Below are positions 52,644 through 63,537 of a stretch of DNA of 64,000 nt, piece by piece. The stretch is from Candidatus Bathyarchaeota archaeon (GTDB taxonomy: Archaea; Thermoproteota; Bathyarchaeia; 40CM-2-53-6). A program made the position numbers and the translations under genes. The stretch spans positions 384,001 through 448,000 of the forward strand of contig CAVPLU010000004.1 of NCBI GenBank assembly GCA_963706285.1, in the 5' to 3' direction. Position 1 is the first letter of the stretch; each line of letters starts with the position of its first letter. The notes below the pieces were generated by a model. That model was not told the DNA's origin and did no database searches. It saw only the letters and a list, made by a program, of their open reading frames with translations.

Positions 52644-55250
52644 ATGCAGACACTCGACGAATACGTTTCCTCTCCCTCTGAGCACAAACCAAAACTGAGA
52701 TCTCCGAACCTCGCAGAGTTGAGAACCCCAGCAGCTCCGTCCGAGATTCCCCCCTCGTATTTCGTTTCAATAGGCTACGACGGTCAGAAGCGCGCCTGCT
52801 ATCTTCGCCTGTACGAACCAAAGAGTCATCGAATTTATGAATGGTACGACACCTCCAATCACAAACCATACTGCTTCTCAGACAAGTCGGAAGAAGAACT
52901 GAAATCCATTGACGCTATCTCCAAGAATCCTGGGTTTGAGAAGTTCGATATAGCGGAGAAATACGATGCCCTTCGCTGCAAGCGAACTGCTCGCACCATG
53001 ATAGTTGCGAAGGATCCCTTAACGATCGGAGGTAAACCCGTTGGTTCGATAAGGGATGCGATTCGAGCGTGGGAGGCTGACATAAAGTATGTGCAGAACT
53101 ACATCTACGACAGTGGCCTCGAACCCGGAATGATGTACGAGGTCAAAGGTGGAGTTCTCAAGAGAATTGAGTATTCGCTCGGAAAAGAAGCCACTGCCCG
53201 AGTTGAGCGACTGCTTGAAGCAGAATCAGACGAGTACCGGAGCCTTGCACTCGAGTGGATGCGTCTTCTCGAATGCCCTGTACCAACCTATCTTAGAGCA
53301 GCAATCGACATCGAAGTATCATCTCCAGTCGCGACTAGAATTCCGGACCCGGAAACAGCTGATCAAGAGGTCATATGCGCAAGCCTCGTAGGTTCAGATG
53401 GTCACGAGCGCGTGTTTCTTCTAAGCAAACAGAACAAGAAACAAGGTACATGTCCTTATCCCCAAAACGCTTCCATTGAGTTCTACGGCACGGAAAAGGA
53501 GCTTCTCGCTGAATTCTTCAAGGCTATGGTCGCGTATCCGGTCATTCTCACCTTCAACGGTGACGATTTTGATCTAAGATATCTCTATCATCGCGGACAG
53601 AATCTTGGTCTGGCGAAGGAAGAAATGCCCATCGAAATGGGACGGGACGTAGGGTATGTAACACACGGAGTCCACATCGATCTCTACAAATTCTTCTTCA
53701 ATCGGTCGATACAGATCTACGCGTATGGGCAAAAATACCGTGAGAATACGCTCGACAAAGTCAGTGAAGCCATACTCGGGAGAGGAAAAATCGAGACATC
53801 CGCGCCAGTCTCAGAGCTCGATTATGGTGAGCTAGCCGCCTATTGTCTCAATGACTCCGAGATCACTATCGAACTGACGAGAATCGATGATGATCTGGTA
53901 ATGAAACTCATCACAGCCCTTTCACGGATCAGCTACATGAGCCTAGAAGACGCGTCTCGACAGGGAGTCTCCAGCTGGATCCGTAGCATAATGTACTGTC
54001 ACCATCGGAAACGCAACTACTTCATCCCACGAGCAGACGAGATTCAAGAGTTGAAAGGAGGCACAACGACCGAGGCAGCAATAAAAGGCAAGAAATACAA
54101 GGGAGCCATCGTCGTGGAGCCTCGTCCTGGCGTTCATTTCAATGTGGCTGTCCTCGACTTCGCCTCGCTGTATCCCTCCATCATCCGAAACTGGAACTTG
54201 GGCTACGAAACGGTGCGTTGCCCTCACACCGATGATCAGTGCAGACAGAACCTCGTGCCTGGAACATCTCACTGGGTCTGCAAAAAGACGAGGGCTCTTG
54301 AGAGCCTCCTGATCGGTTCTTTGAGAGACATTCGCGTAAGTTGGTACAAGCCGCGCTCGAGAGATCCTAGTTTGCCCAAGACGCAGCTAAGTTGGTACAA
54401 GGTTGTCGCCGATGCGCTAAAGGTCGTGCTAAATGCGAGCTATGGGGTCTTTGGAGCTGACAGATTCGCTCTATATTGCCCGCCGGTCGCGGAGGCAACA
54501 GCAGCGGTGGGGCGATACGCCATCTCCCAAACGCTTGAAAAGGCTCGTGAACTTGGAATCGAAGTCCTCTACGGTGACACCGACTCGTTATTCCTTGAAA
54601 GCCCGGATCAGAGTGCGCTGAAGAAGCTCATAGATTGGTCGACATCAATGTTGCGGATGGAACTTGAGGTCGATAAGAACTACCGTTATCTGGCCTTGAG
54701 TTCAAGGAAGAAGAACTATCTCGGCGTTAAACCTGACGGAAGCGTGGACATAAAGGGCTTAACCGGAAAGAAGCGACATATTCCGGAATTCCTGACGAAA
54801 GCCTTCTACGAAATGGTTAGCATCCTCAGCAATGTAAAAGATCCTAACGAATTCGAAAATGCAAGAGCGAGAATAAGAGAGATCGTGAAGGCATGTTACC
54901 TGAAACTCCGAAATCGGCAATACAGCGTTGAGGAGCTGGCATTCTCGGTCATGATGGGGCGTGAGACGGGGAGCTACAGGAAAACAACTCCTCAACACGT
55001 GAAAGCCGCAAAACAACTTGAGGGAGCAGGCGTCGAAACCAGGTCCGGTGAACTCATAGCTTTTGTCAAGGTGATCGGGCAACAAGGAGTAAAACCCGTC
55101 CAACTGGCCAACGTTGATGACATAGACATTCAGAAGTACATGGAGTATCTGCAATCAACTTTCGAACAGGTTCTCGACGCGCTCGGAATTGAATTTGAAG
55201 ACCTGGTCGGAGTCAAGAAGCTTGAGTCCTTCTTTTCAAGCTCAAAATGA
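52644..55250 (+). CDS. polB: Family B DNA polymerase (PolB1-like)
   Basis: DIE and FNGDDFD exonuclease motifs, DFASLYPS, K..LNASYG, YGDTDS, KKNY, C-terminal PIP-like KKLESFF. Confidence 0.96.
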   Translation: MQTLDEYVSSPSEHKPKLRSPNLAELRTPAAPSEIPPSYFVSIGYDGQKRACYLRLYEPKSHRIYEWYDTSNHKPYCFSDKSEEELKSIDAISKNPGFEKFDIAEKYDALRCKRTARTMIVAKDPLTIGGKPVGSIRDAIRAWEADIKYVQNYIYDSGLEPGMMYEVKGGVLKRIEYSLGKEATARVERLLEAESDEYRSLALEWMRLLECPVPTYLRAAIDIEVSSPVATRIPDPETADQEVICASLVGSDGHERVFLLSKQNKKQGTCPYPQNASIEFYGTEKELLAEFFKAMVAYPVILTFNGDDFDLRYLYHRGQNLGLAKEEMPIEMGRDVGYVTHGVHIDLYKFFFNRSIQIYAYGQKYRENTLDKVSEAILGRGKIETSAPVSELDYGELAAYCLNDSEITIELTRIDDDLVMKLITALSRISYMSLEDASRQGVSSWIRSIMYCHHRKRNYFIPRADEIQELKGGTTTEAAIKGKKYKGAIVVEPRPGVHFNVAVLDFASLYPSIIRNWNLGYETVRCPHTDDQCRQNLVPGTSHWVCKKTRALESLLIGSLRDIRVSWYKPRSRDPSLPKTQLSWYKVVADALKVVLNASYGVFGADRFALYCPPVAEATAAVGRYAISQTLEKARELGIEVLYGDTDSLFLESPDQSALKKLIDWSTSMLRMELEVDKNYRYLALSSRKKNYLGVKPDGSVDIKGLTGKKRHIPEFLTKAFYEMVSILSNVKDPNEFENARARIREIVKACYLKLRNRQYSVEELAFSVMMGRETGSYRKTTPQHVKAAKQLEGAGVETRSGELIAFVKVIGQQGVKPVQLANVDDIDIQKYMEYLQSTFEQVLDALGIEFEDLVGVKKLESFFSSSK

Positions 55251-55299
55251 GCAATTGGATCACAGGTCGGAAACATATTGAGGAAGAGGGCCATTCACG

Positions 55300-56038
55300 G
55301 TGGTTGGTCTGCGATACATTCCAGAGGTCAAGCCGAGAGACAACCTTGGCAGAATGATCATCGAAGCTGCGAATAGGCAAGCCCTCCAACTGAGGAGCAA
55401 CGACGTGGTTGTCGTGGCGCAGAAGATTGTCTCGAAAGCTGAAGGCCGCTTCGTCTTTCTCGGCAACATCAAGCCATCGCCCGAGGCTAAGCGAATTGCG
55501 GGAGCGATGAGAAAAGATCCGCGCCATGTTGAAGTCATCCTGCGTGAAACAAAACGTGTGGTGAGACGACGGGGACCTCATCTGATCGTTGAGACTCGAC
55601 ATGGTCTAGTATGCGCGAACGCAGGTGTGGACAAGTCAAACGTTGGGGGCCAGGATGCAGTCACTTTGCTCCCAAAAGACCCTGACAAATCGGCACGCCG
55701 AATACGTGATCAGATCAAACAGAGGACAGGGAAGAGTCGTCTCAGTAATTGTTTCGGATACTTTCGGCAGGCCATGGAGACTGGGCCAGACAAATGTTGC
55801 CATCGGTCTTTCCGGCATGAGGCCGTTGATTGATTACCGAGGGAGAAAGGACACTTTTGGCTACGAGCTCTCAGTGACAAGGATAGCTGTAATTGACGAG
55901 CTTGCAAGTACAGCAGAGCTAGTTATGAATAAAGTAGATCGGATTCCTGTAGCAATCATTAGAGGCTATCCGCATCTCCAGTCTCGCGGAAGCGCACGAG
56001 AGCTGGTAAGATCTGCCCGACAGGATCTATTCCGTTAG
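55300..56038 (+). CDS. cofE: Coenzyme F420-0:L-glutamate ligase (frameshift near 55730)
   Basis: QKIVSKAEG and ANAGVDKSN in frame 1; SDTFGRPWR.GQ, DELAS and DLFR in frame 2. Confidence 0.9.
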
Positions 56039-56269
56039 GGAATCCTTGGGCTGTCTTGGATCATCAATCATGCTGAGGCTGCTGAACAGTCCAAGCCTAG
56101 TTGGCGTCCACCGCTGACATTTTGGGCGTTCTCCTAGGAGGAGAGTTCGAAGTCTGCAAATCCATGGTGAAGATATCCCAGTTCCAGTGATTACTCACAA
56201 ATAGGGGACAACATAAATCACAGCAAACTTAACTACCGCTCTCCTGTTCTGTACGCCCTCAAGGAAGCA

Positions 56270-56977
56270 ATGTTATTGGATTCGATAAAGCCGCCAGTGC
56301 CAGTAGAAGTCAAGGATGTTCTTAATTTCTCAAGGCTCGCGCTTGCTCTTACTGAAGGATCGCAAATACTTTGGCATCTTAAGCACAAGGGCAGACATGT
56401 ACTCGGCATGTTCACTGCATACATGTATTGGAATGGCGACCTGCCTATACTAGCCTACACTTATGCTGATTCTGCCCCGAAACCGTTCCTTGCGTACAAG
56501 AGTGATTCTCCGAAAGGGGAAGAATGGATGTTCACGGATGACGCCGATGACAGCAGATACCGATTTGGCTCATTCGTCGAAGTGAAGAGCTTGCCTCAGA
56601 AATTCCTGGAATGCTTAGACGGGCAGTTTCCTTCCCCACCAGTACCGATGCTTGCTGAAGTTGAGAGTATCAACTCGATAATGCGAACGCTCGTTCCTCT
56701 CTCAATGCGTGAAGGCACAGTATTCCCACTGTGGCATTTCCCTCGCAACGGCAAACACATAGTTGGAACCTGCATACCATTCGAACATTACTATGAGGCG
56801 GATGCCCTTCCAGTCTTTTTCTACATCACTCAAGAGAAACCCCCATCCCTTCCTTTCATCAAATACGTGGCCTCGAAACCCACCGGAGAACGCATCGATT
56901 ACACAAGCAACACATCGGACGCGAAAGGCTTCTACGCTAAGATAGTGGATGTAAAGGACTTTCCAATATTCCCCTAA
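56270..56977 (+). CDS. Hypothetical protein with internal tandem domain duplication
   Basis: Both halves show P..EV...LWH....G.H..G...LP...Y....P..PF..Y....P.GE. Confidence 0.7.
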   Translation: MLLDSIKPPVPVEVKDVLNFSRLALALTEGSQILWHLKHKGRHVLGMFTAYMYWNGDLPILAYTYADSAPKPFLAYKSDSPKGEEWMFTDDADDSRYRFGSFVEVKSLPQKFLECLDGQFPSPPVPMLAEVESINSIMRTLVPLSMREGTVFPLWHFPRNGKHIVGTCIPFEHYYEADALPVFFYITQEKPPSLPFIKYVASKPTGERIDYTSNTSDAKGFYAKIVDVKDFPIFP

Positions 56978-57025
56978 GAACTTGGAATCCGTTGGGCACT
57001 TGGATCAGACGGAGCTCGCCGGAAG

Positions 57026-57784
57026 TTGGAGTTCAAGCAATTCATCGAACGTGCGGCAGCGCGCAACAAGTCACCTATCGTATTGGCGCTTGACTTGACA
57101 CGTGAGGACAGAGAGCGTCTGTTCAAGGATGCGATGCGGCTGATCGGGTCTGTTTCTCGTTCTCTATGTGCAGTAAAATTCAATCATCAGATGATCCTTC
57201 CCCTTGGGCTACATGATCGAGTGACAACGCTAATCGAAGAGGTCCACAAGCACGATATCCCTGTGATTATGGATGCAAAAATCAATGACATCGGTCACAC
57301 CAACGAGTTTATCGCTTCTGAATACTTTTCAGCAGGTTTTGATGCTGTCATAGCAAACCCCTTTGCGGGCTACAAGGACGGATTGGAGCCTGTCTTTCGG
57401 ATTGCCAAAGCCCAGCAGAGAGGCGTCCTGTTGCTTGTGCACATGAGCCATAGTGGCGCGAGCGAGGGCTACGGTCAAACTGTTCTAGATGAGAAGGACG
57501 ATAGAAGACTCCAGTTCGAAGTCTTCGCTCAGAGGGCGGTGCAATGGGGTGCGGATGGTGCGATCGTTGGAGCGACCTTCCCAGAAACGATAACGAGGGT
57601 TCGCTCCATCTTGGGCAACGGCATCCCGATATTCTCTCCAGGAGTCGGAGTCCAGGGTGGAAGCCTCAGTAGGGCTTTCGCCGCTGGAGCAAAGTATGCC
57701 ATAGTTGGCCGGTCCATTTACGAGAGTGAAGATCCGGCGAAATCAGCAGAGATTTTGCGTAGGTCAGTTGCTGCAACTGACTAG
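57026..57784 (+). CDS. pyrF: Orotidine-5'-phosphate decarboxylase
   Basis: [34 protein letters not shown]. Confidence 0.95.
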   Translation: MEFKQFIERAAARNKSPIVLALDLTREDRERLFKDAMRLIGSVSRSLCAVKFNHQMILPLGLHDRVTTLIEEVHKHDIPVIMDAKINDIGHTNEFIASEYFSAGFDAVIANPFAGYKDGLEPVFRIAKAQQRGVLLLVHMSHSGASEGYGQTVLDEKDDRRLQFEVFAQRAVQWGADGAIVGATFPETITRVRSILGNGIPIFSPGVGVQGGSLSRAFAAGAKYAIVGRSIYESEDPAKSAEILRRSVAATD

Positions 57785-57933
57785 GTCTCTTCTGTTCTCC
57801 ACAATTCCTTCTTGAGCATGTCACGCACTGCTGCCCTTATGGCTGCGCTTCTGTTCTGATACATTCCTGCCTTGACGAGCTCATCCAACCCTTCCAGTAT
57901 CGCCTCGGGTAGTTTGACCGTGATGAGTTTCAA
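57781..57933 (-). CDS. CopG/ribbon-helix-helix regulator (50 aa)
   Basis: Manual translation [50 protein letters not shown]; not in the ORF track. Confidence 0.88.
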   Translation of the reverse strand: MKLITVKLPEAILEGLDELVKAGMYQNRSAAIRAAVRDMLKKELWRTEET

Positions 57934-58055
57934 AACCCAGAGCTCCGAAGATGACTGGTATTTCGATGGACGTGATATGACTCTTTCCCATCGGCTCGTT
58001 GCTCATACGGAAAGATTTTATTGACCTCGGATTGTCTCAAGGACAAGTGATTTCA

Positions 58056-58382
58056 TTGGGAGGAGCCAAAAAGAAGAGCATGGCGCAGATGGAGAAGACC
58101 CAAGACCAGCAAGACAAGAAACCTGAGGCCCCGAAGAAGTCCAAGGGTAAACCACCTGCGGAGAAGAAAGCGCGTGGCGTCGATCTTCCGAACCTGGAGG
58201 ACACTCGGTTCCTTTCGGAGTTGTCCAAGATGGGAGCGATCACTCCATATGCCCTCGCCTCACAATTCAATCTGCGAATAAGTGTCGCAAAAGACATGCT
58301 TGAAGAACTGGAAAGGAAACGGCTCGTTACAGCGGTCGGCGGGAACGCTAGGATACGAATCTACAAGATGGCTGCTGCTTAG
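58056..58382 (+). CDS. rps25e: 30S ribosomal protein S25e
   Basis: MGGAKKK...ITPYALAS..NLRISVAKDMLEELE...IY. Confidence 0.88.
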   Translation: MGGAKKKSMAQMEKTQDQQDKKPEAPKKSKGKPPAEKKARGVDLPNLEDTRFLSELSKMGAITPYALASQFNLRISVAKDMLEELERKRLVTAVGGNARIRIYKMAAA

Positions 58383-58753
58383 GCCTTTTCCAACCTGATC
58401 TTTGCCCCGGCAGCCACATCCGTAAAGATCTCAAGCCCGCTCTTCACGACACCTATGATGTTCACCGGGCTGTACGGTTGAGTCTGCCCATAGAAGATGC
58501 AGACAGCAGATCCCATAGGCCAGAAGGCGATGGTTCCGGTATCAATCTTTGACTTGGGTTTCTCAAGCCCCATCTTGATGTCGGATTCAAAGTAGACTTC
58601 CTCCTTCCATCGAGCAATTCTCCCCTCGATTGGCATTCGTCTGAGTATTGCATCCGCGGTCTTCGGCGCGTAGAACCTTACCAGTTCTGCCTCAGCCTTC
58701 CTCCCGTCTTCAAGCACAAAGCGAACGGGTATTCGCGAAACGCTATCTGACAT
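58379..58753 (-). CDS. Cyclophilin-like fold protein
   Basis: APKTADAI...PIEG...W.EEVYF, GTIAFWPMGSAVCIFYG, PVNIIG. Confidence 0.8.
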   Translation of the reverse strand: MSDSVSRIPVRFVLEDGRKAEAELVRFYAPKTADAILRRMPIEGRIARWKEEVYFESDIKMGLEKPKSKIDTGTIAFWPMGSAVCIFYGQTQPYSPVNIIGVVKSGLEIFTDVAAGAKIRLEKA

Positions 58754-58836
58754 GGTCGTCGAGGCTCTGCCCGTGCTAGTATAGATATAGGTTTGATGCA
58801 ATTGGCTAAGACTCGTCAATTGCAGGTGGTCCTAGG

Positions 58837-60168
58837 TTGGCACGCAGGACAAGAACCGTCATAATGGGTGCAGCAGGACGGGACTTCCACAACTTCAACG
58901 TCTTCTTCAAGAAGCGACCAGAGTACGAAGTGGTAGCGTTCACTGCCGCCCAAATACCCGGCATTGAGCATAGAACGTACCCACGAGTTCTTGCGGGCTC
59001 GCTCTATCCGAAGGGAATCCCGATTATGCCAGAAGAGCAGCTTCCGATTCTCATCAAAGAGAAAAATGTCGACCTTGTCGTTCTTGCATATAGTGATCTC
59101 TCATATGACGATGTCATGCACAAGTCATCCATCGTTGGGGCCAATGGACCGGACTTTGTGCTTATGGGCCCCAAGAGCACGATGCTGAAGTCCAAGGTTC
59201 CTGTCGTATCTGTCTGCGCCGTTAGAACTGGAGCAGGCAAAAGCACTGTCTCTAGAACCGTGGCAAGAGTCATCAAAGCACGCGGAAAAAGAGTCATCGT
59301 TGTTCGTCACCCCATGCCCTATGGCGAGCTGGAAACCGAAGCCGTGCAAAGATTCGCCACTTACGCTGATATGGACATTCAGAAATGCACAATCGAAGAG
59401 AGAGAAGAATACGAACCCCACATTCACGAAGGAAACATCGTCTACGCGGGCGTAGACTACGAAAAGATTCTCCGGGCAGCAGAGAAGGAAGCCGACGTGA
59501 TCCTGTGGGACGGAGGAAACAACGATCTATCATTCTACAAGCCAGATTTCAACATCGTTGTTGCAGATCCTCACAGACCCGGCAACGAGCTCTCATACTA
59601 TCCGGGTGAGACCAACGTAAGAATGGCGGATGTGGTGGTAATTAACAAAGTCGACAGTGCGCCGCCCGAGAACGTGCGACAGGTACGCGAGAACGTCAAG
59701 CGACTGAACCCTTCCGCAGCAATCGTCGAAGCGGCGTCCACGATCCATGTTGATGACCCATCCCTCATCAAAGGAAAGAGGGTCCTAGTCGTTGAAGACG
59801 GCCCGACAGTCACCCACGGACAGATGAGCGAATCAGTGGGCGCGATCGCTGCCCGTCAGTACGGAGCACGTGAACTAGTAGATCCGAGACCTTTTGCAGT
59901 TGGCTCAATCAAAAGAACATACGAGAAGTATCGGCATATTGGCCTTGTCCTGCCTGCAGTGGGGTATGGAGCCAAACAGGTCAAAGAGTTGGAACAGACA
60001 ATAGATAGGACTCCCTGCGATTCTGTAGTCATAGGAACCCCGATAGATATCCGTCGGATCATGAAAGTGGTCAAGCCTGCCGCTAGGGTTCGCTACGAAA
60101 TAGATGAAGTCACCAAGCCCACTCTTGAAGAACTTTTGAACAAGTTCTTCGAGCGATTGAAGAACTAG
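58837..60168 (+). CDS. COG2403 P-loop protein (cDPG synthetase-like; probable arginine synthetase ArcE type)
   Basis: MGAAGRDFHNFN, RTGAGKS, RHPMPYG, TIEEREEYEPH, WDGGNND, EDGPTVTHG. Confidence 0.8.
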   Translation: MARRTRTVIMGAAGRDFHNFNVFFKKRPEYEVVAFTAAQIPGIEHRTYPRVLAGSLYPKGIPIMPEEQLPILIKEKNVDLVVLAYSDLSYDDVMHKSSIVGANGPDFVLMGPKSTMLKSKVPVVSVCAVRTGAGKSTVSRTVARVIKARGKRVIVVRHPMPYGELETEAVQRFATYADMDIQKCTIEEREEYEPHIHEGNIVYAGVDYEKILRAAEKEADVILWDGGNNDLSFYKPDFNIVVADPHRPGNELSYYPGETNVRMADVVVINKVDSAPPENVRQVRENVKRLNPSAAIVEAASTIHVDDPSLIKGKRVLVVEDGPTVTHGQMSESVGAIAARQYGARELVDPRPFAVGSIKRTYEKYRHIGLVLPAVGYGAKQVKELEQTIDRTPCDSVVIGTPIDIRRIMKVVKPAARVRYEIDEVTKPTLEELLNKFFERLKN

Positions 60169-60186
60169 TCTGGCGACCGAATTCTC

Positions 60187-61314
60187 CTAGATTGCGCGTT
60201 TGACAGCTTCGGCAACGTACTGTAGTTCGTTCTGTTTCATCATCGGGTGCACCGGTAGAGAGAAGACCTGTCGACAAGCTCGTTCGGTCTCAGGTAGAGC
60301 GCTTCTCCGCGCGGACTGCAAGTCACGATAGTACGGGAGCATGTGAACTGGTGATTCGTAGTACACCGAGCAGGCGATATTCTTAGAGCGGAGCTTCTCA
60401 ACTAGCTTGTTGCGCTTCCCTGCGTTTGCTCCGCGCAATCGCGGAGTAAAGAGATACCACGCATGCTTCCTACCAGCGGGTTCTCTTGGCATAACCAGCT
60501 TTCCCAAGACACCCAGTTTCTCAGACATGAATTCGGCGTGGTTTCTGCGCTCCTGCAGGAAACCTGGCAGCTTCTTTAATTGGACGGCTCCGATCGCTGC
60601 AGCGATCTCAGGCATGCGATAGTTGTGCCCTTGTCTGGCAACCCAGTACGGGCGTTCTTCTCCATGCGTCCTGATTCGCTTGAGTTGCTCTGCCAAGTCA
60701 TCATCATTCGTCGTAATCATTCCTCCCTCTCCCGTGGTCATGTTCTTCCCAGGGTAGAAGCTGAAGCAAGTCATATCGCCAAGGGAGCCAACTTTGCGGC
60801 CGTTGTATTCTGCCCCATGTGCTTGGGCTGCGTCCTCGATGACAACCACTCCGCGGTTGTGTGCCAGTTCGATTATGGGATCCATATCGGCGCATAGACC
60901 GTACATGTGCACTGGCATTATGGCCTTCGTTCCACGGGTTAGCACGGCCTCAATTGACTCAGCTGTGATGCAGTAGGTGTCTGCATCAATGTCCGCGAAA
61001 GCTGGTTTCCCTCCGGCGAGGGCAACCGCCCCGGCGGTAGCGGAGAATGTGAAAGAAGGAACCACGACTTCGTCTCCAGACTGAATGCCCGACGCCAAGA
61101 TCGAAGAGTGCAAAGCCGCAGTACCGGAGGAGACGGCGATCGCGTGCTTAGCTCCAACAAACTTGGCGAACTCCTTCTCGAACTGCAGGACCCTGGGTCC
61201 TCGGCCGCTCTTTTCAGTAAGGATTCCGCTCCTGAGAACTTCGGTCACTGCTTCGATCTCCTCTTTTCCTATAGAGGGTTGATTGATTGGTATCATGTCA
61301 CGCATGGACTTCAT
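60187..61314 (-). CDS. DegT/DnrJ/EryC1/StrS aminotransferase
   Basis: SSGTAALH, PVHMYG, EDAAQAHG, SFYPGKNMTTGEGG; the track start at 61842 is over-extended. Confidence 0.93.
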   Translation of the reverse strand: MKSMRDMIPINQPSIGKEEIEAVTEVLRSGILTEKSGRGPRVLQFEKEFAKFVGAKHAIAVSSGTAALHSSILASGIQSGDEVVVPSFTFSATAGAVALAGGKPAFADIDADTYCITAESIEAVLTRGTKAIMPVHMYGLCADMDPIIELAHNRGVVVIEDAAQAHGAEYNGRKVGSLGDMTCFSFYPGKNMTTGEGGMITTNDDDLAEQLKRIRTHGEERPYWVARQGHNYRMPEIAAAIGAVQLKKLPGFLQERRNHAEFMSEKLGVLGKLVMPREPAGRKHAWYLFTPRLRGANAGKRNKLVEKLRSKNIACSVYYESPVHMLPYYRDLQSARRSALPETERACRQVFSLPVHPMMKQNELQYVAEAVKRAI

Positions 61315-61636
61315 TGCCACAGGGTCCCGTATAACGGTGGAAAATCTAAGGGTTTCTCGACGATCTACTCTTGTCGAAAACGCTCCGCGGAGGGCGTTAC
61401 GTCTGGTTCTTCGATGCCAATACGAATGGAACGCGGTCCGAAATTGTGCCTGTGTAATCAGTTTCTGACTGTAACATGAATCAAATGGCATCTTTCGCTG
61501 CGTCGCGGGACAAGAGTGGCTGAGAAACCAGCAAACCTCTTGAAGTGGCATCAGCACAAGGCGGCATTTCGACGCAACACTTATATAAATACCAATTTTT
61601 GGTTCCGCTATTCTTTGAATACTGAGGTCATGATGT

Positions 61637-63280
61637 TTGAGTGCTGAATTTGCAGGACAGCAAGTCATAATCCTGAAGGAAGGGACTTCCCGTGCTACAG
61701 GTCGTGACGCACAACACGCCAGCATCGCCGCAGCTCGTGTGGTAGGAGAGTCGGTGAAATCGTCCCTTGGCCCAAAGGGAATGGACAAGATGCTCGTTGA
61801 TGGTTTCGGAGATGTTACGATCACGAACGACGGTGCAACCATTCTAGATGAGATGGACGTTCAACACCCGGCCGCAAAGATGTTGGTGGAAGTGGCGAAA
61901 GCTCAAGATGACGAGGTCGGTGATGGAACAACGACGGCCGTCGTCTTGACTGGAGAACTTCTTAGCAAAGCCGAGCAACTGCTCGAAAAGGATGTTCACC
62001 CGACAGTAATAGTGGACGGGTACCAGATCGCTGCTCAGAAGGCTCTTGAAATTCTAGAGGCCATAGCAATCAAAGTCGACCCCGCAGATAAGGCGATGCT
62101 CAAGAAAGTCGCAACCGTCTCCTTGGCCACAAAAATGCTGGCGGAGTATGCTGATGAAGTGAGCGATTTTTGTGTTCGAGCAATTCTAGAAGTGGCGGAG
62201 AAAGATGCCAAGGGCTTCAAAGTCGATATAGACGATGTCAAAGTCGAGAAGAAACCGGGAGAGTCACTATCTGACACGAGACTGATCCAAGGCGTTCTGT
62301 TGGACAAGGAAGTTGTTCACCCCGGTATGCCGAAGCGCGTCGAGAATGCCAAGATTGTGCTCCTAAGCTGCCCGTTGGAGGTTGAGAAGACTGAGTTCGA
62401 CGCGAAACTCAACATCAAGAATCCAGACCAAATGAAGGGCTTCCTTGATGAAGAGGAGAAGATGCTGCGGGAAATGGTTGACAAGATCGTCTCAGCAGGC
62501 GCGAACGTGGCTATCTGTGAGAAAGGTATCGATGATGTGGCACAACACTTCCTCGCAAAGAAGGGTGTGCTCGCAGTGCGCCGCGTGAAGCAGTCGGACA
62601 TGGAGAAGCTTGTGAAAGCGACCGGTGCACACATGGTCACCAGCCTTGAAGACCTAGGAGGTAAGGATCTAGGTAATGCACAGCTCGTCGAGGAAAGGAA
62701 AGTAGGCGACGACAAGATGACTTTCGTGGAGGGCTGCAAGAATCCGAAGGCTGTTACGGTGCTAATTAGAGGAGGCACTGAGCGAATTGTTGACGAAGCA
62801 GAACGAGCTGTTCACGACGCACTCTGTGTTATCAGAGATGTTATGGTCAACCCCAGGGTTGTGGCAGGTGGGGGTGCTCCCGAAGCAGAGGTCGCCAAGC
62901 GACTGCGAGCATACGCGGACAAGTTCTCAGGCAGAGAACAGCTTGCTGTCCAGGCTTTTGCCGAATCACTCGAGTTGATACCTATGGTACTTGCGGAGAA
63001 TGCTGGAATGGATCCGATCGACACTCAAGTTGAGTTGAGAACAAAACACGACCAAGGATTCATATGGGCTGGCGTCGATCCTTACAAGGGAAAAGTCGCG
63101 GACATGGCGAAGCAGAATGTCTACGAGCCTTTGACAGTAAAATTGCAGCTGGTCAAGTCAGCCAGCGAGGCAGCAGCGATGATTCTGAAGATAGACGACG
63201 TGATCGCTGCATCGAAGAAAGAAATGAAGGGACCACCAAAGGGGCCAGAAGATAGTGGTGAAGAAGCGGGCGAGTACTAG
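61637..63280 (+). CDS. ths: Thermosome (group II chaperonin) subunit
   Basis: LGPKGMDKM, TNDGATIL, GDGTTT, GGGAPE. Confidence 0.97.
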   Translation: MSAEFAGQQVIILKEGTSRATGRDAQHASIAAARVVGESVKSSLGPKGMDKMLVDGFGDVTITNDGATILDEMDVQHPAAKMLVEVAKAQDDEVGDGTTTAVVLTGELLSKAEQLLEKDVHPTVIVDGYQIAAQKALEILEAIAIKVDPADKAMLKKVATVSLATKMLAEYADEVSDFCVRAILEVAEKDAKGFKVDIDDVKVEKKPGESLSDTRLIQGVLLDKEVVHPGMPKRVENAKIVLLSCPLEVEKTEFDAKLNIKNPDQMKGFLDEEEKMLREMVDKIVSAGANVAICEKGIDDVAQHFLAKKGVLAVRRVKQSDMEKLVKATGAHMVTSLEDLGGKDLGNAQLVEERKVGDDKMTFVEGCKNPKAVTVLIRGGTERIVDEAERAVHDALCVIRDVMVNPRVVAGGGAPEAEVAKRLRAYADKFSGREQLAVQAFAESLELIPMVLAENAGMDPIDTQVELRTKHDQGFIWAGVDPYKGKVADMAKQNVYEPLTVKLQLVKSASEAAAMILKIDDVIAASKKEMKGPPKGPEDSGEEAGEY

Positions 63281-63536
63281 GCGCCAAGAGCCCTCTCTCA
63301 TCGGCCCCAAGAAACTGACTCGTTTCGAGAGGGCAAGAGTGGTTGGCGCTCGTTCTCTGCAAATCGCCTTGGGAGCCCCTGTTCTGATCGATGTTGATCC
63401 AGGAAGCATGTCCCCGATAGACATAGCGACCCAAGAGCTTGAAGCGGGTGCACTTCCGATCAGTATCAGAAGAACCTTACCAGATGGAACGAGCCAGAAC
63501 ATTGCCTTAAGGACGCTCATGAGACAGGAAAGCTGA
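63255..63536 (+). CDS. rpoK: RNA polymerase subunit Rpo6/K
   Basis: LTRFERARVVGARSLQIALGAP, LPISIRR.LPDG. Confidence 0.95.
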   Translation: MVKKRASTRRQEPSLIGPKKLTRFERARVVGARSLQIALGAPVLIDVDPGSMSPIDIATQELEAGALPISIRRTLPDGTSQNIALRTLMRQES

Positions 63537-63537
63537 G

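Noticed and set aside
56180-56208. ORB-like GTTCCAGTG...GGGG
   Set aside because: Lacks the GAAA half-site, single copy, far from cdc6
61315-61842. Long N-terminal extension of the DegT aminotransferase ORF
   Set aside because: Overlaps the thermosome gene antisense and the divergent promoter; the family N-terminus begins near MIPINQP
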